DNA of 64,000 nt from Vulcanimicrobiota bacterium (GTDB taxonomy: Bacteria; Vulcanimicrobiota; Vulcanimicrobiia; Vulcanimicrobiales; Vulcanimicrobiaceae): the NCBI GenBank assembly GCA_963795855.1, contig CAWCIZ010000003.1:64001-128000 (forward strand), given 5' to 3'. Below, piece after piece: positions 11,764 through 23,300 of this stretch. The position numbers were made by a program, and so were the translations under genes. Every line of letters starts with the position of its first letter. Position 1 is the first letter of the stretch. Under the pieces are notes generated by a model, which had not been told where the DNA came from, searched no databases, and worked only from the letters and a program-made list of their open reading frames with translations.

Positions 11764-12679
11764 GTGAAGACTCTCGCGCGCCTGAGCCTGGCGGCGGTCG
11801 CCGTCGCGTACGGCGAGGTCATGCTGGGAAGTTGGACTCGCATCAACGGCGCAGGCATGACTTGTCCCGACTATCCGCTTTGCCGCGGCGAGTTCATTCC
11901 ATCGATGGGCGGCGGCACCGTGTGGGAATGGACGCATCGCGTGACTCGCGGCGGTTCTGTCAATTCTCGTGATCGCCGTGCTGGCGGCGGCGTGGAAACG
12001 GCGGCAGGATGCGGCCTTCGTCGCACCGACGGGCCTGGTGGTCGCTCGGCCTATTCGCGTTTCAGGTATTTCTCGGCGCCGCGACGGTGCATCTTTCGAA
12101 CAGCCCGGTTTCGGTCGTGTGGCATTGGGGCACGGCGATGGCGTTCGTCGCATCGCTGTCGTGCATGGCGATTATCGCGTTTGCCGCGGCGAGTCACGGT
12201 CGCGCCGATGCGTCCGGACGCGAACGCGCTGCTCGCCGGTGTTCTCGGCGGAACGCATTGCGTCGCTTTCATCACGATGTGCGTCGGCGCGTACGTCAGT
12301 TCGAGCGGCGCAGGCCTCGCGTGCATCGACATTCCGGGTTGCGCGGGGAATGTCGTGGTATATACGCCGGGACAGTACGTGCAGATGCTTCATCGTTTCG
12401 TCGCGGCGGCGTGCCTGCTGAGCGCGCGTCATGTCGTTCGCGCTGTCTGGGCGATGCGCGCTTCGCGCGCGCGTTCGCGCGGCAGCGACGATCGGGCTCG
12501 CGCTGGTGCTCGTGCAAGTGCTGCTCGGACTGTTGAACGTCGCGCTGCGCTTGCCGATCGATCTGCGTGAAGCGCACGCCGCCAATGCGGCGCTCGTTTT
12601 CTTTCGTTCGTTACTGCAACGGCGTTTGCAGCGCTCGCGGAACGCCGCACACGCGTCCGACGCGAGCACGCTCGCATGA
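11764..12679 (+). CDS. ctaA: Heme A synthase (COX15/CtaA), several frameshifts
   Basis: GAGMTCPDYPLC, EWTHR, QVFLGAATV, VVWHWG, GAGLACIDIPGC, QMLHR and EAHAANA spread over three frames. Confidence 0.88.
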
Positions 12680-13596
12680 TGCGACCGTCGCTCGCGTTGC
12701 CGGCGTGCGCCGCGCGAGCGTCGGATGGCTCGCGATGCTCGGCGACTACTACGATCTCGGCAAGCCGCGCATCATGTATCTGCTGCTGGTCACGACGGCG
12801 GCGGCGATGGTGATGGCCGCGCGCGGCATTCCGTCGCTCGGCGCTATTTGGGTGGACGATGCTCGCTGGAGCCCTCGCGGCGATGTCCGCCGGGACGCTC
12901 AACTGCGTCTACGACGTCGACATCGACCGCATCATGAAGCGCACGCGCTACCGTCCGCTTCCGGCAGGACGCATCTACGATTTTCGCAGCGACGGCGCAT
13001 GCGTGCGTGATGGGCGTGCTTTCGTTCGCGATCTTTTATTTCCGCGTCGGTCATTTGGCCGCATGGCTTTCGCTCGCGGGAAACGTGTATTACGTCGTGA
13101 TCTACACGATGCTGCTCAAGCGCCGCACGCCGCAGAACATCGTCATCGGCGGCGCCGCCGGATCGATTCCGCCGCTGGTCGGCTGGGCTGCGGTGACGCA
13201 CACGATCGGCGGTCCCGCGCTCGGCTTGTTCGCGATCATCTTCCTGTGGACGCCGCCGCATTTTTGGGCGCTCGCGCTCATGACCGAAACCGATTACGAC
13301 AAAGCCGGCGTACCGATGCTGCCGAACGTCACGGCGAGCAGCGCACCAAACGCGACATTTTCATCTACACGATCGTGCTGCTGCTCGCGTCGCTCGCGGC
13401 TGTACTGGCCGCTGCACGTCATGGGACCGTTCTATGCGGCGGCTGCCGGCGCGCTCGGGCGTAGTCTTCGTGCGTCACGCCGCACGCATGCTGCGCGACC
13501 GCAACCACGAGAGCGGCACGCGCGACGTTCATGTATTCGCTGCTCTACCTCGCGCTCATGTGCGCGAGCATGGTGATCGATCGGATCGTTTTCTAA
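12676..13596 (+). CDS. ctaB: Protoheme IX farnesyltransferase (heme O synthase), frameshifted
   Basis: [60 protein letters not shown]. Confidence 0.92.
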
Positions 13597-13597
13597 C

Positions 13598-14977
13598 GTG
13601 GCATCCGATGCTACGACGACGTTCGCGGGCCACAAACTGGACCGTTCCGTCGTCCCGTTGCTCCTGACGCTCGGCCTCGGCGTTTTCCTCGGAGCGCTCG
13701 ATCTGAGCGTGCTCTCGCCGGCGCTTCCCGCGATCGGGAAAGAATTCGGCGTCGCCACGGGCGATCTCGTCGTGGGTGTTCACGCTGTATCTGCTCGTGA
13801 ACATCGTCGGCATCGCGGTGATGAGCACGCTCGCGGACCGCTACGGCCGGCGCCCGGTGTATCTCGCCTGCGTCGCAATTTTTCTCGCCGGCACCGCACT
13901 GGCCGTCGTTTCTCGCAGGATTACGGATTATTTCTGATCGCGCGCGCGGTGCAAGCATTCGGAGCGGGCGGAATCTTCCCGGTCGCCACGGCTGCAATCG
14001 GCGACGTCGTTCCGCGTCAACGGCGCGGCGCGGCGTTAGGGCTTGTCGCCGCGACCTGGGGACTTGCAGCAGTTGTCGGGCCGCTGTACGGCGGTCTGGT
14101 CACGCACTTCGTTTCGTGGCGCTGCATCTTCGCGCCGAATTTTCCGATCGCCGCGTTCGTTCTGATTTTTGCCTTGCGCTACGTGCCGACGAATGCGCCG
14201 CGCGCGCGCGGACCGCTCGACGTGCCCGGTTTGTTCTTACTCTGCGTCGGATTGCTGTTTCTGATGTACGGCATCAACGGCGTGCATGCGGTCACCATTG
14301 CGTTCGGACTCTTGCTGCTCGCAGCGTTCTGTCATGTGGCAGCGCGCGTGCCGCTTTCCGATCGTGCCGCCGGCGCTTTTTGCAAACGCGCAGATCGCCA
14401 AAACGTTCGCACTCGAAATCGTCATCGGCGTGCTCGAGGGCTCGCTCTTCTTCATTCCGGCCGTGCTGGTCGGCGCGCAGCATATCTCGTACGCCGCAGC
14501 CGGCGCGATTGCGGCGGTCGGCGCGTTCATGTTCGTCGCAGTGATTCCGGGTTCTGGCCGCGCGCTGGATCGCATCGGCAGCCGGGACGTGCTGCTCGCG
14601 GGAGCGCTGCTCACCGAGAGCGGGCCTGGTTCTTTTCGCGCTCTGCTTCACGTCGCTTTGGCTTTCCGTGCTCGCGATGATCGTTGCCGGCGTCGGATTC
14701 GGCGCGCTTCTGGGAGCGCCGACGCGGTACATCGTAACGAACGAAACGACGGAGCGCACCCGCGCGACGGCCATCGGACTGCTGAGCCAGTTCTTGATCA
14801 TCGGACAAATCGTCGGCGGTTCGTTGGCGGGCGGCATCATGGGCAATGCGCTTTCGGATGTGACCGCCTATCGCGACACCTACTTGGCGTTCGCGGCCGT
14901 CGCTCTGCTTGCTCTCCATCGTCGCTTCGATGCTTGCGGCGCGGCGAAAGGAGATTCGGTCGCCCGCAACCGAGTGA
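13598..14977 (+). CDS. MFS transporter (DHA2-like), frameshifted
   Basis: LGVFLGALDLSVLSPALP, ARAVQAFGAGG, RRGAALG..GPLYGG, GRALDRIG. Confidence 0.85.
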
Positions 14978-16651
14978 GTGCCATGCAGCGCACGCACGAC
15001 GTGCTCAATCAGCCGCCGCCGCTCACGGATTACAACGTGTTCCGCTCGGATCGCGCGCTCGTGCAGACGCTTGCAGCGCAGGGCGCCGCAAGCGCGTTCG
15101 AATCGCTCGAAACGTTGGGATTGCTCGCCGGCAGTGAAACGGCGCAAGAGTGGGGCCGGCTCGCCAACGAGCATCCGCCGCAGCTGCGCACGCACGATCG
15201 TTTCGGCAACCGCATCGACGAAGTGGAATTTCACCCGTCGTATCACGAACTGATGCGCGTCGCGGTCCGCAACGGTTTGCATGCGGCGCCGTGGAGCGAG
15301 CGGCGATCCCGCCGCGCACACCGCTCGCGCCGCGAAGTTTTACGTGTGGGGACAGGTCGAAGCCGGACACGGCTGCCCGATCTCCATGACGTACGCCGCC
15401 GTTCCGGCGCTGCGCATGCACCCGCCGCTCGCAGAGCTTGGGAGCCGAAACTCGCCGCATGCGAGTACGATCCGCTGCTGCGCGCGATCGAAGAAAAGCG
15501 CAGCGCGATCTGCGGGATGGCGATGACGGAAAAGCAAGGCGGGTCCGACGTGCGCGCCAATTTGACGCGAGCAGTGTTTGCCGAACGCACGCCGGTCGGC
15601 GAAGCCTATCTGCTGACCGGCCACAAATGGTTTTGCTCGGCGCCCATGAGCGACATGTTCCTGGTGCTCGCGCACACGAGCCGCCTTCGAACTCCGCTGA
15701 ACCCTGACCTGCTTCTTCATGCCGCGCGTTTTGCCGGACGGTTCGCGAAACCGGATCGCGATTCAGCGCCTCAAAGACAAACTCGGGAATCGTTCCAACG
15801 CGTCCAGCGAAATCGAGTTCGACGAAACGTGGGCAGATTCGCTCGGCGAACCCGGCCGCGGCATCCAAACGATCGTGGAAATGGTGAACTGCACGCGCTT
15901 GGATTGCATCAACGGATCCGCGGCCGCTGATGCGTCAAGCGGCCGCGCAGGCCATTCACCACGCAACGTACCGGCATGCGTTCGGCGCTCCGCTCATCGA
16001 CCAGCCGCTCATGCAGAACGTCCTCGCGGATTTGGCGATCGAATCCGAAGCGGCAATGGTGCTGCTGCTGCGTCTCGCGCAGGCCGTGGATCGCGGAACG
16101 GGAAACGGCGCATCAGACGTCTGGGAACCGCGGTCGGCAAATACTTCGTCTGCAAACGCGCGCCCGTCGTGGTAGGTGAAGCGCTCGAATGTTTGGGCGG
16201 CAACGGTTACGTCGAAGAATCGCCGATGCCGCGTCTGTACCGCGAAGCGCCGCTCAACTCGATTTGGGAAGGATCCGGAAACATAAACGCGCTCGACGTT
16301 CTGCGCATCGTCGCGAAGCAGCCGGAGACGCTGGAAGCGTTCCGGCGCGAAATCGAACCGGCCTTCGGCGATGCGCGCATGCGGCGCGCGGCGGACGAAC
16401 TCGCGAACGCGCTTGCTGCGGACGAGGACGCGGAGAGCCGAGCGCGTGCGCTGGTGGAGCGCATGGCACTGCTGTGGCAAGCCGCGCTGCTCGCGCGGGA
16501 TCCGTACAATCCGGCGGCGGAAGCGTTCATCGATTCTCGCATCGCCGGCCATTGGGGTCGGACGCTCGGCACCCTTGCTCCGTCTTCGGATCACAAACGG
16601 ATCGTGGAACGAGCGCAGCCGGCTCAAAACGTGGAATACTCTGAACGGTAA
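14974..16651 (+). CDS. aidB: AidB-like acyl-CoA dehydrogenase, frameshifted
   Basis: THDVLNQPPPL, RIDEVEFHPSYH, MAMTEKQGGSDVRAN, RLKDKLGNRSNASSEIEF, LYREAPLNSIWEGSGN. Confidence 0.9.
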
Positions 16652-17220
16652 TGAAACTGCGCAAAATCCAGCGCGGCGATCATCTCGCGAGCCGCGCATG
16701 GGCGCCCCGCGAGCGCTTGATCGTGTGGCGCGGCCTCACGGGCCGGTTCGCGATCGCGATAGAGCCGTTGCTCGGCATGCTGTTTTTCGGCGCGTTGACT
16801 TACGGCATCATTTGGCGCGCGCGCGTCGCAAAGCCGCACGACATGTGGATTCTTTCGCCTATCTTCGGCATTGCGGCGGTGGCATTTCTTGCGTATTTCG
16901 TCTATCTGCTGGTCGCGCCGATTATTGCGTACTTGCAGACGTACAAACCGATTTACTTGATTGACGGATACGTGCGTTATCGAGCACCCGACGATGACTC
17001 GGATATCGGCGCGAACGGGTACGTCGCGGTGCTCTTCGCCGACGAGCAGGTCTGCTGCGAATGGGAGAGTTACGGCAAAAAAAAACTGCCGAACCTCACG
17101 CTTCCGGCAATGGCGGAGTTCTCGGAGTATGGCGGCCTGCACAAGATCGACGGCAAGTCGACCGGCGTTCTACCCGAAGAAATCCCCGTATTCGCCGTCG
17201 GAATCAACCCGCGGCATTAG
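16651..17220 (+). CDS. Hypothetical membrane protein (2 TM)
   Basis: TAATG coupling to aidB; two hydrophobic helices. Confidence 0.75.
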   Translation: MKLRKIQRGDHLASRAWAPRERLIVWRGLTGRFAIAIEPLLGMLFFGALTYGIIWRARVAKPHDMWILSPIFGIAAVAFLAYFVYLLVAPIIAYLQTYKPIYLIDGYVRYRAPDDDSDIGANGYVAVLFADEQVCCEWESYGKKKLPNLTLPAMAEFSEYGGLHKIDGKSTGVLPEEIPVFAVGINPRH

Positions 17221-17282
17221 GAAGCGCGCTTCACGTCGCCGAAGCGAAATACGCAACTCTGACGCGGCGTGCACGTTCCCAT

Positions 17283-17477
17283 TTACGGTTTGTACGAACC
17301 GTTGAGCGGGATGCGCAGCGCTTGCTGCCACGGCCACACGTGCCCCGAACCCGACATCCAAATCGTGTAGAAGCCGACGCCGAAAATCGCCAGGATGCCG
17401 ACCACCGCCGCGATCATGACCACGCGCGGTACGCCTCGGCTGGTGGGTACGCCGCGTTCGTCGGTAGGGTCGTACAT
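17283..17477 (-). CDS. Small single-TM protein at the end of the cox operon
   Basis: ATG directly follows the upstream stop; one TM helix. Confidence 0.6.
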   Translation of the reverse strand: MYDPTDERGVPTSRGVPRVVMIAAVVGILAIFGVGFYTIWMSGSGHVWPWQQALRIPLNGSYKP

Positions 17478-17702
17478 TTAAATTTCCACGCCTTTCCCGG
17501 CGAGCACGTTTACGCTGGCGAGAATCGCAAGAAATGCGCCGAGGGCGAGCAGAGCGAGCATCATCTTGAAGACTTGGTTCTCCAGCCCTTTGGTTTTCCA
17601 ATCGTTCCTCAGAGCGATGGCTGCCACGAACAGCACGACGATGCCGAAAACGAACGCGAAGATGCGCTCGACGTGGGCGACGGTTGAACTGATTCCTTCC
17701 AT
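17478..17702 (-). CDS. Small 2-TM protein, candidate cytochrome c oxidase subunit IV/accessory subunit
   Basis: RBS GGAG, 10 nt after the coxC stop; two TM helices. Confidence 0.65.
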   Translation of the reverse strand: MEGISSTVAHVERIFAFVFGIVVLFVAAIALRNDWKTKGLENQVFKMMLALLALGAFLAILASVNVLAGKGVEI

Positions 17703-17712
17703 TACTTCGCTC

Positions 17713-18330
17713 CTAGTACAGATAGAAGATCGAGAACAGCACGACCCAGATCACGTCGACGAAATGCCAGTACAGCGTGCCGAGCGTCAAGCCGGTGTAT
17801 TTTTGGAACGTGTATTTTCCGTTGAGCGTCTGCAGCAGAAGGACCGTGAGGTACAGGATTCCGCAGAAGACGTGCAAGCCGTGCATCCCGGTGAGCGTGA
17901 AGAAGCCGGCGCCGAAGATACCGCTGTTTCCCCAGCCTGCGCCGACCTTCGCGTACTCGACGATTTGCCCGGAAAGAAACATCGCGCCGAGCACGATTGT
18001 CGCGACGATCCAGTTCGCGAACTTGATGAAGTTCCGGTGCTTCCAGTTTTCGAGTGCAAAGTGCATCGTCGCACCGGAACCGAACAGAATGACCGAGTTA
18101 ATGGACGCCAGCGCCAAATCCAGTTTCGGCGCGCCCGGCGGCGGCCAGCCTTGTCCGGTGCTTCGCAGGTAGAGATAGGCGAAGATGAACGACGAGAACA
18201 GCACCAAGTCGCTCACCATGAACAACAGGAAGCCCTGGACGCGCAATTCGCGCGTCTCGACGTAGAGCTGATCCGGCTCCTCGTGGTGGCGCCCGACGAT
18301 TCCCGCCTGCGTGACGCTGGCTACTGCCAC
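17713..18330 (-). CDS. coxC: Cytochrome c oxidase subunit III
   Basis: GFLLFMVSDLVLF, FFTLTGMHGLHV, YWHFVDVIW. Confidence 0.95.
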   Translation of the reverse strand: MAVASVTQAGIVGRHHEEPDQLYVETRELRVQGFLLFMVSDLVLFSSFIFAYLYLRSTGQGWPPPGAPKLDLALASINSVILFGSGATMHFALENWKHRNFIKFANWIVATIVLGAMFLSGQIVEYAKVGAGWGNSGIFGAGFFTLTGMHGLHVFCGILYLTVLLLQTLNGKYTFQKYTGLTLGTLYWHFVDVIWVVLFSIFYLY

Positions 18331-18343
18331 AATGAACTCCTAT

Positions 18344-18502
18344 TTTTAAAGGCGCTGCGCCCTAGGCTCCGCGCCCCCCATCGTAAACGATGGGGCCCCA
18401 AAAAATATGGGGCGCATAAACAATGTGCTCGCATGAACTCTCCCCGTGGGCGCCCCCTAATACAGTAATCATGTTTTAAAGGCGCTGCGCCCTGGGCTCC
18501 GC
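18344..18502. repeat. 29-bp direct repeat (1 mismatch) flanking nested hairpins between coxA and coxC
   Basis: TTTTAAAGGCGCTGCGCCCT(A/G)GGCTCCGC at 18344-18372 and 18474-18502; hairpin CCCCATCG-TAAA-CGATGGGG at 18376-18395. Confidence 0.9.
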
Positions 18503-18518
18503 AGCCCGGCACCCGTCA

Positions 18519-20194
18519 TCAGTGTGCCGCGGGAATGGGCGGCGGCGAGTCGGTGAGTTCTTCTTCGAGGCCGCGGTACGGCAGCGGCTCGGCGAAATCG
18601 TACGGAGCCGAGAACACCGACGGAACGTGTTTGAAGTTGTAGTACGGCATCGGCGAGGGAATCTGCCACTCGAGCGTACGCGCTTTCCATGGATTCGGCC
18701 CGGCCTTCTTACCGGCTTTCAGGCTGACGATCGCGTTGAGCATCGTGAGCAGAATCGAAGCGGTCATCACGAACGAAAACCACGATTCAATCTGGTTCCA
18801 CGTTTGGAACTGCGGATCGTACACCGCGTAGCGGCGCGGCATGCCCCAAAGCCCAAGCCAATGCATCGGCAAGAACGTGCCGTTCATGCCGATCATGTAC
18901 AGCCAGAAAGACCATTTGCCGGCCTTCTCACTCATCATGCGGCCAGTCATCTTCGGAAACCAGAAGTAGAGAGCCGCGAGCGCGCCCATAAGGCTGCCGC
19001 CCGCGATGACGTAGTGGAAGTGTGCGACGATGAAATACGTGCCGTGCGCGTGCAGATCGAACGGAACCGCGGCGAGGAACACGCCGGTTACGCCGCCGAT
19101 GGTGAAGAGCAGCAGGAAGCCGATCGCAGTACAGCATCGCCGTCGAAAATTCGAGAATGCCGCCGAAGAGCGTCGTCGTCCATGAGAAGATCTTCACGCC
19201 CGTCGGAATGGCGATCAGCATCGTGAGCACCATGAACGGCAATTGCAGCGTCGGCGCCATACCGGATGTGAACATGTGGTGCGCCCACACCATGAAGCCG
19301 AGAATCGCGATCGCGCACGACGAGAAGGCGATCATCTTGTAACCGAAGATCGGTTTGCGCGCGAACGTCGGAAAGACTTCGGAGATCATGCCGAAAGCCG
19401 GCAGAATCATGATGTACACGGCGGGATGCGAGTAGAACCAGAACATGTGCTGCCACAAGCAGCGGGCTGCCGCCTTTGGTCGGATCGAAGAACGGCACGC
19501 CGAACTCGCGTTGAATGAACAGCGCGGCCAGCGCGGCGCCGAGCGCCGTCGTCGCGATCATCAGCAGGGGCGCCGTGACGAACTGTCCCCAGACGAACAG
19601 CGGCATGCGCGTGAACGTCATGCCCGGCGCGCGCATTTTGAGAATCGTCACCAAGAAGTTGATGCCCGTCATCGTGGAGCCGATACCGACCAAAAACACC
19701 GCGGCGCACCACATCGACGTGCCGGGCCCGCCTTGCAGCGACATCGGCGGATACTCGGTCCATCCTGCGACCGGAGCGCCCATCAGGAACGACGAGTACA
19801 GCATGAGGCCCGCGACCGGGAAAATCCAATAGGCGACCATATTCAGCCACGGGAACGCGACGTCTCGCGCGCCGATTTGCACCGGCATGACGAGGTTCCC
19901 GAAGCCGCCCGTGAGCAGCGGAATGATGACGAACCATACCATCGTCGATCCGTGCATCGTGAAGACCGCGTTGTACGTGTCCGGCGTCATGAAGCCGCCG
20001 TTGGCCTTCATCAATTGCACGCGGATCAGTTCGGCAAGCGCACCGGCGAGCATCATGAAGATGCCCGCGGTGACGATGTATTGGATGCCGATGATCTTGT
20101 GATCGATCGAAAAGACGTACTTGCGGAGAAAGCCTTCGGGCTCGGGATGAATATGGTCGGCGAGGCCGCCCGAATGTACCGCTGCTACAGCCAT
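18519..20194 (-). CDS. coxA: Cytochrome c oxidase subunit I, A2-type, frameshifted twice
   Basis: DHKIIG, IGARDVAFP, WFYSHPAVY, VWAHHMF, AHFHYV, GMPRRY. Confidence 0.95.
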
Positions 20195-20222
20195 TTGTTC
20201 TTCATGGACTCCGTAAGTCGTG

Positions 20223-21340
20223 TCATTTGAGAGAGTTCAGGAACGCAACCAGATTCGCGATGTCTTTATCGGAAAGTGCGTTCGCAGTTTGGTTCGGCAT
20301 GGTGCCCATCGGGCCGTTGAAGCCGTTTTGCAGAATTTTGGCGACGTCGTCCGGCGTTGCTTTTTCTCCGTTCACTAAATTCGGATGGGCAGGATCGTGC
20401 AGCACGCCTTTGAGACCCGGGCCGACCACTTTTTGACTGAACGGCCCGAGCGCGTGGCACGCGGAACATTTCGTTTGGAACAACGCTTTGCCCGCGCCGG
20501 CGTCGCCGCCGGTCAGATTGACCGCAGCGCTGGACGCGACTTGCACCGCATCGCTGACGTTGGCGTTCGCTCGTTGCTGCGCGCCGTACCAGCTTTGTAT
20601 CTGCTCGGCGAGTCGATGTAGACGTAGGCGGCTCTGTCCTGTCCGACGCCGCTGCGCATTTCGCCGTGCAGCGTTCCGCAGAATTCGGTGCAGAGCAGTT
20701 CGTACTTTCCGACGCGCGTCGGCGTGAATACGAGCGTGTTGATGAGGCCCGGAACCATGTCCGCCTTCAGGCGCATCTCCGGAACCCAGAACGAGTGAAT
20801 GACGTCGTACGCAGAAACGTGCAGCGTCACCGGCTGCCCGAGCGGCAAGTGCATTTCCTTGACTTCGCCGTGGATGCCCGGGTAGCGGAACGTGTAATAC
20901 CACTGATGGCCGAGCGCCTCGACGACGAGCGTGTTGCCTTGCGCGTTCACGGGCTCGATTTGGAAGAACAGATTCACGCTGATGATCGCCAGCGCCAGAA
21001 CGTACAGCGCCGGGATCAGCGTCCACCAAAATTCGAGCCTGTGGTTGTCGTGAATCTGCAATCCGATTGCGTCGGACGCTTGATCCGGTTTGCGGCGGAA
21101 GCGAAACACGAAATAGAAGATGTAGCCGAACACTGCAACGAGCAACGCGGTGCCGGACGCGGCGAGGAAGCGGTACAGCAAATCGATTTGCCGCGCGCGA
21201 TCGACCGCTTCCGGCATCAAGCCGGTAATCGGTACGAACACCCAAAAGAGGATTGCGGCCAGGCCCAGCAGCACGATGACGGCCGTCGCGGTCCAGAACC
21301 CGCGATCCAGATGCACGACCGGATCTCTATTCTCTGCCAA
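20223..21340 (-). CDS. coxB: Cytochrome c oxidase subunit II with C-terminal cytochrome c (caa3-type), frameshifted
   Basis: LEFWWTLIP, DVIHSFWVP, CuA motif CTEFCGTLHGEM; CSACH heme motif in the other frame. Confidence 0.93.
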
Positions 21341-21401
21341 CGTAACCCCGAAAAGTGCAAGCGATGTAAGAGGATGCTATTTGACTATAGGGACCCGCGT
21401 C

Positions 21402-22090
21402 CTATGCCTGCGACGACTTAGGTAATTCCAGAGCAGCCGAGTAGCGGCTGACGAGCCACTCGGTATCGGTTATTGCCGTTCCAACCACGATTGCATCGGC
21501 TCCCGCCGCCAAGGCTTGCGCGCCGGCCTCCGGCGCATGAATGCCGCCCTCACAGATGACGAACGTCTCCAATTGAGCGAACGCCCGCACGAGATCGAGC
21601 GCGGGCAATGCGAAGCCGCGCGTTTCCTTTGTGTAACCGCAGAGCGTCGTGGCCAAGACATCCGCGCCCGCGGCGCGAGCGCAGACGCCGTCGTCGGCAA
21701 GGGCGCAATCCGCCATCGCGATCCCTCGGCCGCCGTGGATAGCCGCCACCAGATCCGCGATCTCGGCGCCGCCGGGATGCGGCCGCCCCGTCGCATCGAA
21801 CGCGACGATCTCCGCTCCGCAATCGAGTACTTCGCGCACCTCTCGCAGCGTCGGCGTGATATAGGGCTCGAATCCGTCGTACTCACGTTTGATGATGCCC
21901 ACGATCGGAACTTCGACGCGCTTTCGGACCGCTTGTAAGTTGCGCACGCCTTGAATGCGGACGGCGGCGGCTCCATTATCTTGCGCGGCCCGCGCCATCG
22001 CGGCAAGGACGTACGGATCGTCGAGTGCAGAGCCTGCGCGCGCCTGCACGGACACGATGAGGCCGCCGCGCAGCCGGTCCAATACCGTCA
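21402..22090 (-). CDS. nanE: N-acetylmannosamine-6-phosphate 2-epimerase
   Basis: GGLIVSVQA, VPIVGIIKR, YITPT, TTLCGYT, ICEGGIH, VVGTAIT. Confidence 0.92.
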
Positions 22091-22988
22091 TGCTCGGCGA
22101 TACGCCAGCAGGAGGGCGCCTTCCGCTCCGTCGCGCCGCGCAGCGACGCGGTGAAGGCCGGGCACATTCTGCAGCGCTTCGTCGATCCAGCGCATCAACA
22201 GTGCGCTCTTGGTCAAGCCGCCGAGAAATGCGACCTCCGTTTCCTTCAAACCGCAGCGTTCCGCGGCGCGATTGGCGAGCAGCACCAAGTCCGCCGCCGC
22301 GTCGCGCACGTAGCTTGAAGCGCGTTCGCTTCCGTTTTGCGCCAAGTCGAGCAAAACCGGAGCAAACGACGCGAGATCGCGGCGCGAAAGCTGACCGGTG
22401 TAAAAAGCGCGGACGAGCGTTCGGAGTGACGTGTCCGAGAAATATCGCAGGATGGCGGGCGCGAGTTCGCTTTGCTCGCCGTTGTCCAGATCGCGCGCCG
22501 CATCGGCGATCGCATCGCGCGCGAACGCAAACGCACTCCCCTCGTCGCCGAACAGGTACCCCCATCCGCCGGCTAGCGCCGTTTGCCCGGCGGCGTTTCG
22601 CGCGTAGGCGACGGAGCCGGTACCTGCGATCACGATTGCGCCGGGACGTCCGTCGAGAGCGCCCGCATGCGCGATCACGGTGTCGTGAACGAGCTGCCAA
22701 GCGATCTGCGGGAAGCTCCGGCGCCGCACCGTAGACGTTGCCGTCGTAACCGCTTACTCCGGCAACGATCGCCTCAAAACGCGTCTCCGCGGGCAGTTGC
22801 GCGTTTCGAAGCGCGTCGAACAGCGCACCGCGAAGCGCGTCGCGCAAACGCGTGGACTCGCGACCTTGCGCGACTTCGTCCGCGGGGCCGGCGGCGCCCC
22901 GCGCCAGCACGCGTCCATTCTCGTCGCCGATCGCCGCCGACGTGGAACTCTGCCCGCCGTCGATGCCGGCGTAAAGCTTGCGGGTCAC
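22088..22988 (-). CDS. BadF/BadG-type N-acetylglucosamine kinase-like protein, frameshifted
   Basis: AGIDGGQSST, HDTVIAHAGAL, IAGTGSVAY, GGWGYLFGDEGSA. Confidence 0.88.
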
Positions 22989-23300
22989 GCCGTAGGTTCG
23001 GCTCCGTCACAGAGCGCGCGGGCGAATTCGTTCGCGGACGTTTCGCGCACGGCGCGATTCGAGCTGATGCGCAATCTCGCCGCGATGTTCGCGATGATGA
23101 TACAACTCGTGCGCGATCGAAAAGACGATAAAGTCGCCGATCTCTTCCGCGGGCAGATTTTCGATGACGCGCTTGTTCAAGCGAATCACCGGGCCGTCCG
23201 GATCGTATTCCGAACGCAACTCGTCCATGCCCCAATCGCCGAGATCCGCGTAGTCGATTTCAACGCCGTAACGGCGGGCCAGTTCAAAAACCGGATGCAT
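22985..23300 (-). CDS. Small ImmA/IrrE-like metallopeptidase-domain protein (frameshift near C-terminus)
   Basis: FSIAHELYH (HExxH); E..ANEFA in the shifted frame; overlaps both neighbours. Confidence 0.65.

Noticed and set aside
14668..15930. MFS-AidB fusion ORF
   Set aside because: Frameshift chimera; the MFS has its own stop at 14977, overlapping the aidB start.
18344..18502. Possible mini-CRISPR array
   Set aside because: Only two repeats, about 100 bp between them, and no cas genes.
21402..22988. Kinase-NanE fusion ORF
   Set aside because: The middle is out-of-frame junk; the kinase continues in the 22088-22729 frame.
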